A stretch of DNA of 64,000 nucleotides, taken from positions 1,472,001 through 1,536,000 of the forward strand of contig CAWJSJ010000002.1 of the NCBI GenBank assembly GCA_963845565.1, in the 5' to 3' direction. The DNA is from an uncultured Methylomirabilota bacterium. GTDB taxonomy: Bacteria; Methylomirabilota; Methylomirabilia; Methylomirabilales; 2-02-FULL-66-22. Every line of letters starts with the position of its first letter. Position 1 is the first letter of the stretch. A program made the translations under genes and the position numbers. Below, one piece after another: positions 20,233 through 29,595 of the stretch. Below the pieces are notes generated by a model. That model was not told where the DNA came from. It made no database searches and saw nothing but the letters and a program-made list of their open reading frames with translations.

Positions 20233-21720
20233 GTGAAACTGCTGCTGATCAACTCCAACAGTTTCAAGCAGCCCTGGCCGGTGATTCCCCATGGCCTGTG
20301 TTGCGTGGCTGCATCGGCGGAGGAGGCCGGGCATGAGGTAAAGCTCCTCGATCTATGCTTCGCGGAGCATCCACAGAAAGAGATCGTCAACACCGTTGAC
20401 GCCTTCACGCCCGACGTCATCGGGGTCAGCGTCCGCAATATCGACAACGCCGTCGCACTCAAGACACGATTCCTGCTTGAGGATATCCGGGAGCGCGTCA
20501 TCCGTCCCTGCCGAGAGTGTTTCGCCGGACCGGTGCTGATCGGCGGCCCTGCGGTTGGGGTCAACGGACGGGAGATGCTGCACTATTTCGACGTTGAATA
20601 CGCGTTACGCGGCGATGGGGAGCTGGCGATTGTCGAGTTCCTGAGCAGGCTGGAGAGCGGTGCCCCGCTCGGCAACATGTCGGGCCTGATCATCCGGAAG
20701 GAGGGACGGATCGTCTCCGACAACGAGCCGATGAGGATCGAAGACCTGAATGCCCTACCCCGTGTCAGTCCTTCCCGCTATGTAGATGTTCGCGCATACA
20801 GCCGCGTCAATTCTCCCCTCCAGATCCAGACGAAGAGGGGCTGCGCCCTGCGCTGCTCCTACTGCACCTACAACCGCATCGAAGGCTGCTCCTACCGGCT
20901 CCGGAATCCGTCCGTCGTCGCCGATGAGATCGAGCGGCTCGTGAAGGAAACCGGCATCCACAGGATCGAATTCGTGGACAGTACCTTCAATATCCCCCTT
21001 GGCCATGCGAAGGCCGTCCTGAGAGAGCTCATTCGAAAGGACCTTGATCTCGATCTCCTTGCCATGGGGTTGAACCCCGGCGCGGTAGACGGGGAGCTGG
21101 TCGATCTGATGAAGGAGTCAGGATTTCGCGAAGTCGACCTCGGCGTCGACGCCGGGTGCGACGCCATGCTGAAAAGCCTCGGCAAGAGTTTTCTGAAGGA
21201 GGATGTGCTGAGGGCGGCAGAACTCCTTCGCAACAGAAACATCCCGGTGAAGTGGTTCCTGCTCCTCGGCGCGCCGGGGGAAACCCGGGACACCCTTCGC
21301 GAGACCTTCGACACCGTCCGGCATGCCGCATCTCCCTGGGACCTGATCGTCATCGCCGTGGGCATGCGCGTCTACAACGGCTCCGCCATTGCGGAACAGG
21401 TCCGCGTCGAAAAGCCGTTGTCGGCACAAGACAACTTCTTCTTTCCTGTGTCTCTGCCAGAGGGCACGACGATCGATCTCAAGGAACTGAAGCAGATCGC
21501 GAAGCTCGAATCTTTCCGGAGGCCCAATTTCTTCCTCTTCGGCGACGACGAAAAAACACCGTTGTCCGTGCTCGCCGTCGGAACGGCGCTGATGAAGGTG
21601 CTCTCGCCCCATCAACCGCTCTGGCGACTGTTCATCCTGAGGAGGAAGATCGAGTCCTTCATCGGTGTGCGTCGATGGCAAGAGCGGCGGTTCCGGAAGC
21701 ATATCGCTTCGCATGCCTGA
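20233..21720 (+). CDS. Cobalamin-binding radical SAM protein
   Basis: N-terminal B12-binding domain (GVSVRNIDN, GGPA, GDGE); QTKRGCALRCSYCTY CxxxCxxC; GGAGG SD. Confidence 0.9.
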   Translation: MKLLLINSNSFKQPWPVIPHGLCCVAASAEEAGHEVKLLDLCFAEHPQKEIVNTVDAFTPDVIGVSVRNIDNAVALKTRFLLEDIRERVIRPCRECFAGPVLIGGPAVGVNGREMLHYFDVEYALRGDGELAIVEFLSRLESGAPLGNMSGLIIRKEGRIVSDNEPMRIEDLNALPRVSPSRYVDVRAYSRVNSPLQIQTKRGCALRCSYCTYNRIEGCSYRLRNPSVVADEIERLVKETGIHRIEFVDSTFNIPLGHAKAVLRELIRKDLDLDLLAMGLNPGAVDGELVDLMKESGFREVDLGVDAGCDAMLKSLGKSFLKEDVLRAAELLRNRNIPVKWFLLLGAPGETRDTLRETFDTVRHAASPWDLIVIAVGMRVYNGSAIAEQVRVEKPLSAQDNFFFPVSLPEGTTIDLKELKQIAKLESFRRPNFFLFGDDEKTPLSVLAVGTALMKVLSPHQPLWRLFILRRKIESFIGVRRWQERRFRKHIASHA

Positions 21721-21881
21721 ATAGTGTCCTCTGGAAGAGCGAAGCAGATTTCGTCCGTTGGACCGAGAGCGAGGACTTTCGCCACGCGCACGCCAATCGC
21801 CCACCCAAGGAGATGTTCGCCGGCCCCAACGTCTTCGAGATGCACGAGGTGATTCAGGCAACCGCCGCGCCAATTGCATGA
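21721..21881 (+). pseudogene. C-terminal fragment of an ABM/IsdG-HmoA-like monooxygenase
   Basis: WKSEADFVRWTESEDFRHAH...FEMHEV; no start or N-terminal half present. Confidence 0.65.
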
Positions 21882-21925
21882 TCGGTTGTGGGGCGCCCAC
21901 CGTCCGCTACGGTTAATCGTCTCTC

Positions 21926-21954
21926 TTGACAGCGCCAGACCGACTTCGTACAGT
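21926..21954 (+). promoter_or_regulatory. Sigma70 promoter of modABC
   Basis: TTGACA-17-TACAGT. Confidence 0.6.
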
Positions 21955-21993
21955 GACAGCGATTCAGAGATAGGCTGATCGGGGGCGGGCGCG

Positions 21994-22785
21994 ATGATGA
22001 TCGGTGCCCTGTGGATGCGTTTCTCTGTCGCGATTCTGTGTTGGTTGTGTCTGATCTGCGGTGGCCTTCCGGCTAACGCCGGGGAGTTGCTGGTTTCGTC
22101 CGCCGTCAGTCTGAAGGAGGCTGTGGAGGCCGCCGGGCGACGCTTCCAGGGCGACCGGACCGGCCTCCTCCTCCGGTACAATTTCGGCGCCTCCGGCGAA
22201 CTGCGGCAACAGATCGAGGGAGGTGCGCCGGTCGACGTGTTTCTCTCGGCCGGGCAATCCGAAATGGACGCGCTGGAACGCAAGGGGTTTCTCGTCGCCG
22301 GGAGCCGCCGCGTCCTGGCGCGCAACAGTTTGGTGGTCATCGTGCCTGTCGGTTCCACCATAAGCCTGTCTCGCCCGTCCGATCTGCTCCGGCGCGAGGT
22401 CGGTCGCCTGGCTGTCGGGAACCCGAAGACCGTTCCGGCCGGTCAATACGCGGAAGAGTGCCTGAGGACGCTGAACCTTTGGGAGGCGCTCCGGCCTCGC
22501 CTCGTTCTGGGCGAGAACGTGCGACAAGTGTTGGAATATGTGGCGCGGGGCGAGGCGGATGCGGGTGTCGTGTACGCGACGGACATTGCGGCGCACGGGG
22601 AACGCGTGCGGGAGGCGCTCCGGCCGCCACCGGAAAGCCATCGGCCGATCGTCTATCCTGCGGCGGTCGTCGCTGAGTCCGGGGCGCCTCAGGTGGCGGC
22701 CGCATTTGTGGATTTCCTGGTCGCCCCCGAGGGCCAGGCGATCTTGGCCCGCCGCGGATTCCTCGTCACGGGTCCAGCTCGATGA
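21994..22785 (+). CDS. modA: Molybdate ABC transporter substrate-binding protein
   Basis: SAVSL, FGASGEL, DVFLSA, VPAGQYA, DAGVVY. Confidence 0.92.
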   Translation: MMIGALWMRFSVAILCWLCLICGGLPANAGELLVSSAVSLKEAVEAAGRRFQGDRTGLLLRYNFGASGELRQQIEGGAPVDVFLSAGQSEMDALERKGFLVAGSRRVLARNSLVVIVPVGSTISLSRPSDLLRREVGRLAVGNPKTVPAGQYAEECLRTLNLWEALRPRLVLGENVRQVLEYVARGEADAGVVYATDIAAHGERVREALRPPPESHRPIVYPAAVVAESGAPQVAAAFVDFLVAPEGQAILARRGFLVTGPAR

Positions 22786-23447
22786 GTCCGGAGAGCCTTA
22801 GCGCGCTCTGGCTCTCGGTCCGTGTGGCGTCTGTCGCCACGCTGCTGAACGCCCTGGTGGGGATTCCCCTCGCCTTCCTCCTCGCGCGCAAACCATTTCG
22901 TCTTCGCGGGCTGGTGGATCTGGTCATTTCCTTGCCACTGGTCCTGCCCCCTACGGTCACCGGTTATTACCTCATCGTCCTTCTCGGCCGGCGCGGCTGG
23001 CTCGGCGCTCCTCTGTACGCGCTCACCGGCTGGAGCGTGACGTTCACCTGGTACGCCGCGGTGGTCGCCGCGGCGGTGATGGCCCTCCCGCTTCTTGTCC
23101 GCACGGCCCGTGCCGCCATCGAGTCCGTGGATCGCGATCTGGAGCGCGCCGCCTTCACGTTGGGCCACTCCGAATGGCGCACGGCGATCGAGGTCACGCT
23201 GCCCCTGGCCCGAAACGGAATCCTGGCCGGACTGGTCCTGGCGTTTGCGCGGGCGCTGGGAGAGTTCGGAGCGACGTTGATGCTGGCTGGAAACATCCCA
23301 GGGCGGACGACGACCGTTCCGCTGGCGATCTACACGGCGGTGCAGACCGGAGAAAGCGCCGAGGCGCTCGCCCTGGTGGCGGCGCTCACGGCGATTTCGT
23401 GCGCCGTCATTTTTCTGGCCGGCCGACTGGGAGCGGCGACGACGTGA
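22782..23447 (+). CDS. modB: Molybdate ABC transporter permease
   Basis: LPLVLPPTVTGY, FARALGEFGAT. Confidence 0.93.
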   Translation: MSPESLSALWLSVRVASVATLLNALVGIPLAFLLARKPFRLRGLVDLVISLPLVLPPTVTGYYLIVLLGRRGWLGAPLYALTGWSVTFTWYAAVVAAAVMALPLLVRTARAAIESVDRDLERAAFTLGHSEWRTAIEVTLPLARNGILAGLVLAFARALGEFGATLMLAGNIPGRTTTVPLAIYTAVQTGESAEALALVAALTAISCAVIFLAGRLGAATT

Positions 23448-24571
23448 GCGATCGGCTGGACGTGGCGATTCGCGCCATCCGGGGCGCCTTCACTCTCGAC
23501 GTCGCTTGGACGGCGGGAGACGGCGTCAGCGTGCTCTTTGGACCGTCCGGATCCGGGAAGACGCTGACCCTCCAATGTCTCGCAGGGCTCATGCGCCCCG
23601 AAGCGGGCCGCATCGCGGTGGACGGACGGGTTCTCTTCGATGCGGCGCGGGGAATTCATGTGCCGCCGCAGCTTCGACGCGTCGGTTACGTCTTCCAGGG
23701 GTATGCCCTGTTCCCTCACCTCAGCGTGCGGGCGAACGTTGCCTTTGGGCTCCGGGATCACGCGCGGGCCGACCGTGATCGACGCACGTCCGAAGCGATT
23801 GAACGACTCGGCCTCCGAGGCCTGGAGGACCGACATCCGCGGGAGTTGTCGGGCGGGCAACGGCAACGTGTGGCCTTGGCCAGAGCTCTTGCCATCGAGC
23901 CGGCCCTCGTGCTGCTCGACGAGCCACTTTCCGCCCTCGACCTCCCCCTCCGCCGCGCTCTCCGCGACGAGCTCCAGACAATTCTGGCGGATTGGCGGGT
24001 ACCGACCGTGCTCGTGACGCACGATTTCGCCGAGGCGTACCAGCTCGGCGATCGCGTCCTGGTCTACGAAGAGGGGCGTGTCCGTCAGTCCGCCCTGCGC
24101 GGGGACCTCTTGCGGCGGCCGGCGTCGGAGTCCGTGGCCCGCATCCTGGGATTTCGCAACGTGCTGCGCGGGGTCATCAGAGAGGTGACGGCTGATCATG
24201 TCCGCCTGGAATGGCGCGGCCAGATCCTCGAAGCACGAAACTCGGGCGACACGTTCTTGGGAGTATCGGCGGGTGCGCCGGTGTCATTTTTCGTCCGCCC
24301 CGAGGACCCACGGCTTCTCCGGAAGGACGGCCCCCCGCCAAATCCGGCGCATCATGCCAACATCTTGAAGGGGCGCGTGGTCCGCGAGGCGGACCTCGGC
24401 GTCACGCGGTCACTCTTGCTGCGCCTCGACGAGTCTGGGCCGCCCGCCCAGGGAGACTACGACTTGGAGATCGAGGTCCCACAATTCGTCTACGAGGTTC
24501 TCAACCTCGACGAGGACCAGCACTGGGAGTTCTCGATCCACCGCGGGTCCATCCACTTCCTGCCGTCCTGA
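23444..24571 (+). CDS. modC: Molybdate ABC transporter ATP-binding protein
   Basis: GPSGSGKT, LSGGQRQR, LLDEP; GTGA overlap with modB. Confidence 0.88.
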   Translation: MSDRLDVAIRAIRGAFTLDVAWTAGDGVSVLFGPSGSGKTLTLQCLAGLMRPEAGRIAVDGRVLFDAARGIHVPPQLRRVGYVFQGYALFPHLSVRANVAFGLRDHARADRDRRTSEAIERLGLRGLEDRHPRELSGGQRQRVALARALAIEPALVLLDEPLSALDLPLRRALRDELQTILADWRVPTVLVTHDFAEAYQLGDRVLVYEEGRVRQSALRGDLLRRPASESVARILGFRNVLRGVIREVTADHVRLEWRGQILEARNSGDTFLGVSAGAPVSFFVRPEDPRLLRKDGPPPNPAHHANILKGRVVREADLGVTRSLLLRLDESGPPAQGDYDLEIEVPQFVYEVLNLDEDQHWEFSIHRGSIHFLPS

Positions 24572-24636
24572 AAGAGTATCGAGACCGGACCGAAAGATTT
24601 TCCGGAAGGATTGCATGGCGTCGCTGCCGTGCAAAT

Positions 24637-25323
24637 TTACGCAGATCCCCGCACAGGCCGGGCGGGTTGCACACCACGAGGCTCCACGGCCCCTTCGACC
24701 CATTCGATGAACTGGGCCACGGTGTCAAAGACGGCCAGGGGCTCGAGGGTGCGGAGCGCTGCGGCGTCCGACCGTTTCTCCCAGGCGGCTGCCAGAGGGA
24801 GGACACCGACGGTCCGGGATGCGTCGATATCCGACGGGACGTCGCCGAGATAGGCGACGCGATCCGGCGTGACCCCCCAATTCGCCAATACCCGCCGGAG
24901 ACAGCGAGGCTTGACGCTTCCCTCGGGGGATCCCGTCTCGACGGTGTCGAAGTAGCGGCCGAGGCCAAGCTGCGCCAGGGAAATGGCGGTACTCTGCGCA
25001 CCCTTTCCGGTAACGACGGCCAGGGGAATCCGGCGAGCCCGGAGGGTGTCGAGTGCGGCCTCGATGCCGGGGAAAAGCCGGGCAAGACGGCGATGCTCCC
25101 GCTCGTACGCCGTGAGATACCGTTGCAGGCACTCCTCCCACCGGTCGGGTACCCACCGCTTGAACATGCCGTCCTCGCTGGGTCCGAAGTGGGCCAGGAT
25201 CTCCTCATCGCTGAAGGAGCGGCTCGTGCAGGCCAGGAGGGCTTCCCGGAAGGCGGCGAAGCAGACGGCGAAGGTGTCGGTGAGGGTGCCGTCCAGGTCG
25301 AAGATCATGCCGTCGAGCTGCAT
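24637..25323 (-). CDS. HAD-family hydrolase (phosphoglycolate phosphatase-like)
   Basis: FDLDGTL, VVTGK, KP, YLGDVPSD. Confidence 0.88.
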   Translation of the reverse strand: MQLDGMIFDLDGTLTDTFAVCFAAFREALLACTSRSFSDEEILAHFGPSEDGMFKRWVPDRWEECLQRYLTAYEREHRRLARLFPGIEAALDTLRARRIPLAVVTGKGAQSTAISLAQLGLGRYFDTVETGSPEGSVKPRCLRRVLANWGVTPDRVAYLGDVPSDIDASRTVGVLPLAAAWEKRSDAAALRTLEPLAVFDTVAQFIEWVEGAVEPRGVQPARPVRGSA

Positions 25324-25490
25324 TCTTGCTCCCTGTTCTCGGTTGTTGAGCACGAAGCGATTGAGTTTTCGGTCCCCGAGCCCCCACTCTTCTTCCTTTG
25401 GGGCTGGCCTGTGCCCGCTGCGAATTGCTCTCCGCAGGCGGGGCCAACAGGCCGCCTAAAGCGGCAGCCACGCATCGCGTCCGCGACGGG

Positions 25491-26810
25491 CTACCACAAT
25501 GCGAACCACCAGCCCGCCGGTTGCCAGAGGGCGCCCTGGAGGCGCAACACCATGAGGGTGAACTCCCGGTACTCGGCAGCGGTGGGGGCGGCGCCGGCCT
25601 CCCAGGCGTGCAGGAGTGCCTGGGCGCGGCCGCGATCGGCAATCAGGGCGTGGCGCAAGAGCCATGGAAATTGGGAGCCGCTGCCGATACTGTCGTAAAG
25701 GCGAAGGACAGCGCGTGCGTCCGCCAGGGGATCGGCGACCATGTCGGTCCAGCCGAGCTCGTCCGGGCCCTCCGCGGCATGCACCAGCAGGCGGGTGACC
25801 CAACGGGTCAGGCGGGCGAGTTTTTCGTAGTCCAGGGTGTCGGGTGTGTCCTCGGCGGTGTGATACGTGGCAGCGCGGCCTGCCGTGATAAAGAGGAAGG
25901 GGCGCCGGCCCTGCTCCCGCAGGCCGTGATAGTCGCTTTGGGCGAAGCGGCGCCCGGGGAAAAACGGGTACGCTTCGATGAGCGGCAGGCCCAGAAGCAG
26001 AGGATCCACGCCCGGTTCCGGCAAGATACCTCGGGCCAGCCGGACCAACCCGGGGCTGGCCTCGGCGCCTAGCAGGAAGATTGCGTTGGCCAACCCCGCG
26101 TCGCGCACGGCCGGAGTCGGCCGCCCGGCCAGGAGGTCGAAGACGAGGGCGCAGTGGAGTGTGCTCAGCGGGAAGGGCGGGTGACGCCAGAACCACACCG
26201 ACCCCATGCGGTCGGTCCGGACTTCGGGTGGCTCCTCGGCGTCGGGGAACAACAGGACCACGTTGCGGCGGAGCGGCGGTCGGGCGCGCCCGAGGGCGTC
26301 GCCCAGCGCCAGCAGCATCGCCACGGCGCTGGCGTTGTCGTCTGCCCCCGGATACACCCTTCCGCTCCGCACGCCCAGATGGTCGTAATGGGCCACCAGG
26401 ACAATCCAGGAGGCTGTGGGTTCCGCTGCCGGCAGATAGGCGCCGACGTTCACGGCATAGGGGGGGCCTTCGCCGTGCTCCGAAAACGTCGGTTGCTCGA
26501 ATCCGCCGTGGAAGAGCGGCGTGAGGCCTGCGTGCAGCAGTCGCGAAACGATGTATGCCCGGGCCTGCGCATTGCCGGGGGTGCCGCGGCCGCGTCCTTC
26601 CATCTGGGGTGCCGCCAAGCGGTAGACGGCGGGTTCGATGCTCGCGGTGTCCAGGGCCTCGATCAGGGCGCTTTCGGCCGCCAGCGCCGGCGCGGGCGAG
26701 GGTTCCACCTTGGAGAGGGTGTCCACGAACCGGTAGGCGATCCCGTGGGAGCAGCCGAGGCCCCATCCGCTCAACAAAAGCACCCCCGCGAAGCAGGCGA
26801 GTCGGGTCAT
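25491..26810 (-). CDS. M28 family metallopeptidase, probable lipoprotein
   Basis: AHYDHLG, GADDNASA, DAEE, SDY, YHT; lipobox-like GLGC. Confidence 0.85.
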   Translation of the reverse strand: MTRLACFAGVLLLSGWGLGCSHGIAYRFVDTLSKVEPSPAPALAAESALIEALDTASIEPAVYRLAAPQMEGRGRGTPGNAQARAYIVSRLLHAGLTPLFHGGFEQPTFSEHGEGPPYAVNVGAYLPAAEPTASWIVLVAHYDHLGVRSGRVYPGADDNASAVAMLLALGDALGRARPPLRRNVVLLFPDAEEPPEVRTDRMGSVWFWRHPPFPLSTLHCALVFDLLAGRPTPAVRDAGLANAIFLLGAEASPGLVRLARGILPEPGVDPLLLGLPLIEAYPFFPGRRFAQSDYHGLREQGRRPFLFITAGRAATYHTAEDTPDTLDYEKLARLTRWVTRLLVHAAEGPDELGWTDMVADPLADARAVLRLYDSIGSGSQFPWLLRHALIADRGRAQALLHAWEAGAAPTAAEYREFTLMVLRLQGALWQPAGWWFALW

Positions 26811-27048
26811 ACCGCCGTCCGTCGAAAGCAGCCACACCGGCCCTGGCGCGTCACCCCGCTGGTGGCCTCTCGGCGGTTCGCCGGGACAGAAGTTCACCGC
26901 GTGGAAAGATGACGGATGCCTCACACGCTACCAGCGCCGGCAGGACGTGTCAAACGGAACGATTGCATAGGGCGCACGACTGAAATGTGATGACGTGCTG
27001 CATCATGCCGACGCGCCCCGCTCCCGGAAGTCCGGCCTGGGATTGCAC

Positions 27049-27203
27049 TTGACAAGGGGTGGGAATCCCCGTAAAGTCCAACCGTCTTCGGTTCAGACGG
27101 TTTCATCTTCGTTTTACCGCTGCGAGGACCCAAGCCTTGTGGCGGTAATTGTTTCTGGCGATGCTGGCCATCGAGCTGGTGGCGTATCGCCAAGGAGGTA
27201 CGG
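27049..27203 (+). promoter_or_regulatory. Sigma70 promoter and structured 5' leader of rpsU
   Basis: TTGACA-17-TAAAGT, three consecutive hairpins, then AAGGAGG. Confidence 0.7.
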
Positions 27204-27485
27204 ATGACCTTCCGAGGTGGGCCGGGCGAGGGCGGGTCGAGTTTCGACGGCGGGAACGCGCCGCGACATCGTCCGCTCGAGGTGACCGTTGGGGATCGCG
27301 GGGTCGAAGGGGCGATCCGACTTTTCAAGCGGTTGGTCCTGAAGGACGGGATCTTGCGAGACCTGAAACGACGCGCCCATTTCGAGAAACCGGGCGATCG
27401 TCGCCGCCGCAAGGCACGGGAGGCCGTGCGTCGCCTTCGGAAACAACGGGTGCGGGCCCTCCAACGGGGGGAGCAACTCGAGTAA
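27204..27485 (+). CDS. rpsU: 30S ribosomal protein bS21 with a Gly-rich N-terminal extension
   Basis: EGAIRLFKR...GILRDLKRRAHFEKPGDRRRRK. Confidence 0.88.
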   Translation: MTFRGGPGEGGSSFDGGNAPRHRPLEVTVGDRGVEGAIRLFKRLVLKDGILRDLKRRAHFEKPGDRRRRKAREAVRRLRKQRVRALQRGEQLE

Positions 27486-27611
27486 TTCGCGAGGCCGCGA
27501 GGCCTCGATCCGGTCGCAGCGGGAGCGGGCTGGGGCCGGAACGCACGTCAAAGATGGCCGCTCGCGATGGGGCAGTGTTCCGCGAGGGCGGGACGAAGGG
27601 GGTTGGGGATC

Positions 27612-27923
27612 ATGGGGACTCGGTTGTATGTCGGGAACCTGCCGTACAGTGCGGACGAGGAGCAGCTCAAGACCCTCTTTTCCGAGGGGGGGCGGCAGGT
27701 GACTGAAGTACGGATCGTCACCGATCGGGATACCGGCCGTCCGCGCGGCTTCGCGTTCGTGGAGATGGGAAGCCAGGCAGATGCCGACGCCGCCGTCAAC
27801 GCCCTGAACGGCAAAGACTTCGGCGGCCGAGCCTTGACCGTGAACGAAGCTCGCGAGCAGACGCCGCGCCGGGGCGGCGATTTCGGCGGCGGCGGACGGG
27901 GCGGCGGCGGACGGCGGTTCTAG
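27612..27923 (+). CDS. RRM RNA-binding protein with a Gly-rich tail
   Basis: RNP2 LYVGNL, RNP1 RGFAFVEM. Confidence 0.92.
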   Translation: MGTRLYVGNLPYSADEEQLKTLFSEGGRQVTEVRIVTDRDTGRPRGFAFVEMGSQADADAAVNALNGKDFGGRALTVNEAREQTPRRGGDFGGGGRGGGGRRF

Positions 27924-28198
27924 ACGAACGCTTTCCGGCTTCGATCCAGCCCGAGTTCTCTTGCCGGTCGGTGCCCTCAGCGGCCCTTTCTTGATTCGGT
28001 CATTGAGTGCCGGGCGAATCCCCAGCCCGTGATCCCTTTGTCGCGGGCGACAGGTTTTGCCTGCGCCCGGATCGACCGGACCTTCCCACACCGATTCGTC
28101 CCCTTGATACCGTGACGACCCCCATCCGATGCCGTGCGCCCAACCCGTGGGGCCAAAGCGGTTCGCGCCCGGCGTGGAACGGCGGCGGAGAGGGATCG

Positions 28199-28606
28199 AT
28201 GGAATGCGTCTTCTGCTCGATCCGGGATGGGCAGGTCCCTGCCGTCGTGGTGGCCGAGGACGAGCGGGCGCTGGCCGTCATGGACATCAATCCCATCAAC
28301 GATGGCCATGTGCTGGTGATTCCCAGGGCCCACGCGGCGACGTTCTTCGAGATCGCCGAGGAGGATCTGATCGCCGCGATCCGGCTGGCCAAGCGGGTCG
28401 CTACCGGGATCCGGAAGGGGTTAGCGCCGGACGGCCTCAACCTGATCCAGAACAACGGGGCCGCCGCGTCCCAATCCGTGCCGCATTTTCACCTGCACCT
28501 GATCCCGCGCTGGCTGGACGACGGCAAGGGCCTCACCTGGGAACTGATCCCTGGAAGCCCGGCGCGGATCCGTCACATGGCAGACGCGATCCGGGCGGCC
28601 CTCTGA
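28199..28606 (+). CDS. HIT family nucleotide hydrolase
   Basis: CVFC, GHVLVIP, HFHLH triad. Confidence 0.92.
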   Translation: MECVFCSIRDGQVPAVVVAEDERALAVMDINPINDGHVLVIPRAHAATFFEIAEEDLIAAIRLAKRVATGIRKGLAPDGLNLIQNNGAAASQSVPHFHLHLIPRWLDDGKGLTWELIPGSPARIRHMADAIRAAL

Positions 28607-28607
28607 C

Positions 28608-28636
28608 TTGACAGGCTCTGGGGCGTGGGCTACCGT
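28608..28636 (+). promoter_or_regulatory. Sigma70 promoter of accD
   Basis: TTGACA-17-TACCGT. Confidence 0.55.
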
Positions 28637-28659
28637 AACCCGGACAAGCGGGGGGCGGC

Positions 28660-29523
28660 ATGGCGTGGTTCAAGAAAGAGCCGGCGACGACAGGGAAAGA
28701 CGCCAAGATCCGGATGCCCGAAGGGCTCTGGATCAAGTGCGAGGACTGCAAGGAGATCCTCTCCAAGCCCGAACTGGAGCAGAACCTGAACGTCTGCCCC
28801 CGCTGCCAGCGGCACTTCCGGATCGGCGCAAAAACCCGGGTGGACCTCTTGGCGGACCCGGACAGCTTCCGAGAAAGGGACGCCTCCCTCCGGTCGCTGG
28901 ATCCGCTGGGGTTCAAGGACCAGAAGAGCTATCTCGAGCGGCTCAAGACGGCCCGCAAGGCCACCGGGATGGAGGAAGGCCTCTTGAGCGGCACGGCGAC
29001 CATCGGCGGGTATCCGGTGAGCCTTGCCGTGATGGAATTCGACTTCATGGGCGGCAGCATGGGGTCGGCCGTGGGCGAAAAGGTGACGCGTGCCATCGAG
29101 CGGGCCATCGAGGTGCGGGCCGCATTCATTGCCGTGACCTGCTCGGGCGGCGCGCGCATGCAGGAGAGCGTTCTCTCGCTGATGCAGATGGCCAAGACCA
29201 GCGCGGCATTGGGCCGTTTGGCGAAGGCCGGCCTGCCCTATATCTCCATCCTGACCGACCCAACGACCGGCGGCGTGACGGCAAGCTACGCCATGCTGGG
29301 CGACATCCAGATCGCGGAGCCGAAGGCGCTGATCGGGTTCGCCGGCCCTCGCGTCATCCAGGATACCATCCGGCAGGAGCTGCCTGCAGGGTTCCAGCGG
29401 GCGGAGTTTCTGCTGGATCACGGCTTCGTGGACATGATCGTGGAACGGAAGAATCTGCGACCGGTTCTGATCCAGCTTCTGGGGTATTTTGCCGATGCCG
29501 CCGCCGAGGCGGTTCCGCAATAG
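28660..29523 (+). CDS. accD: Acetyl-CoA carboxylase carboxyltransferase beta subunit
   Basis: LWIKCEDC...CPRC Zn finger, FMGGSMG, SGGARMQE, PTTGGVTAS. Confidence 0.96.
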   Translation: MAWFKKEPATTGKDAKIRMPEGLWIKCEDCKEILSKPELEQNLNVCPRCQRHFRIGAKTRVDLLADPDSFRERDASLRSLDPLGFKDQKSYLERLKTARKATGMEEGLLSGTATIGGYPVSLAVMEFDFMGGSMGSAVGEKVTRAIERAIEVRAAFIAVTCSGGARMQESVLSLMQMAKTSAALGRLAKAGLPYISILTDPTTGGVTASYAMLGDIQIAEPKALIGFAGPRVIQDTIRQELPAGFQRAEFLLDHGFVDMIVERKNLRPVLIQLLGYFADAAAEAVPQ

Positions 29524-29595
29524 ACTCGGCCGACCCGCTCCTGATCACGCATCCTGCTCCCTCGTCGCACGCGCCCATCGATTCAGGTAGCGAAC

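Noticed and set aside
17178..21720. RiPP biosynthetic cluster
   Set aside because: No precursor peptide, RRE, YcaO or dedicated exporter is visible; tldD/pmbA are widespread housekeeping genes.
21882..21993. Moco riboswitch upstream of modA
   Set aside because: The promoter lies only ~40 nt before the start, leaving no room, and no consensus was recognised.
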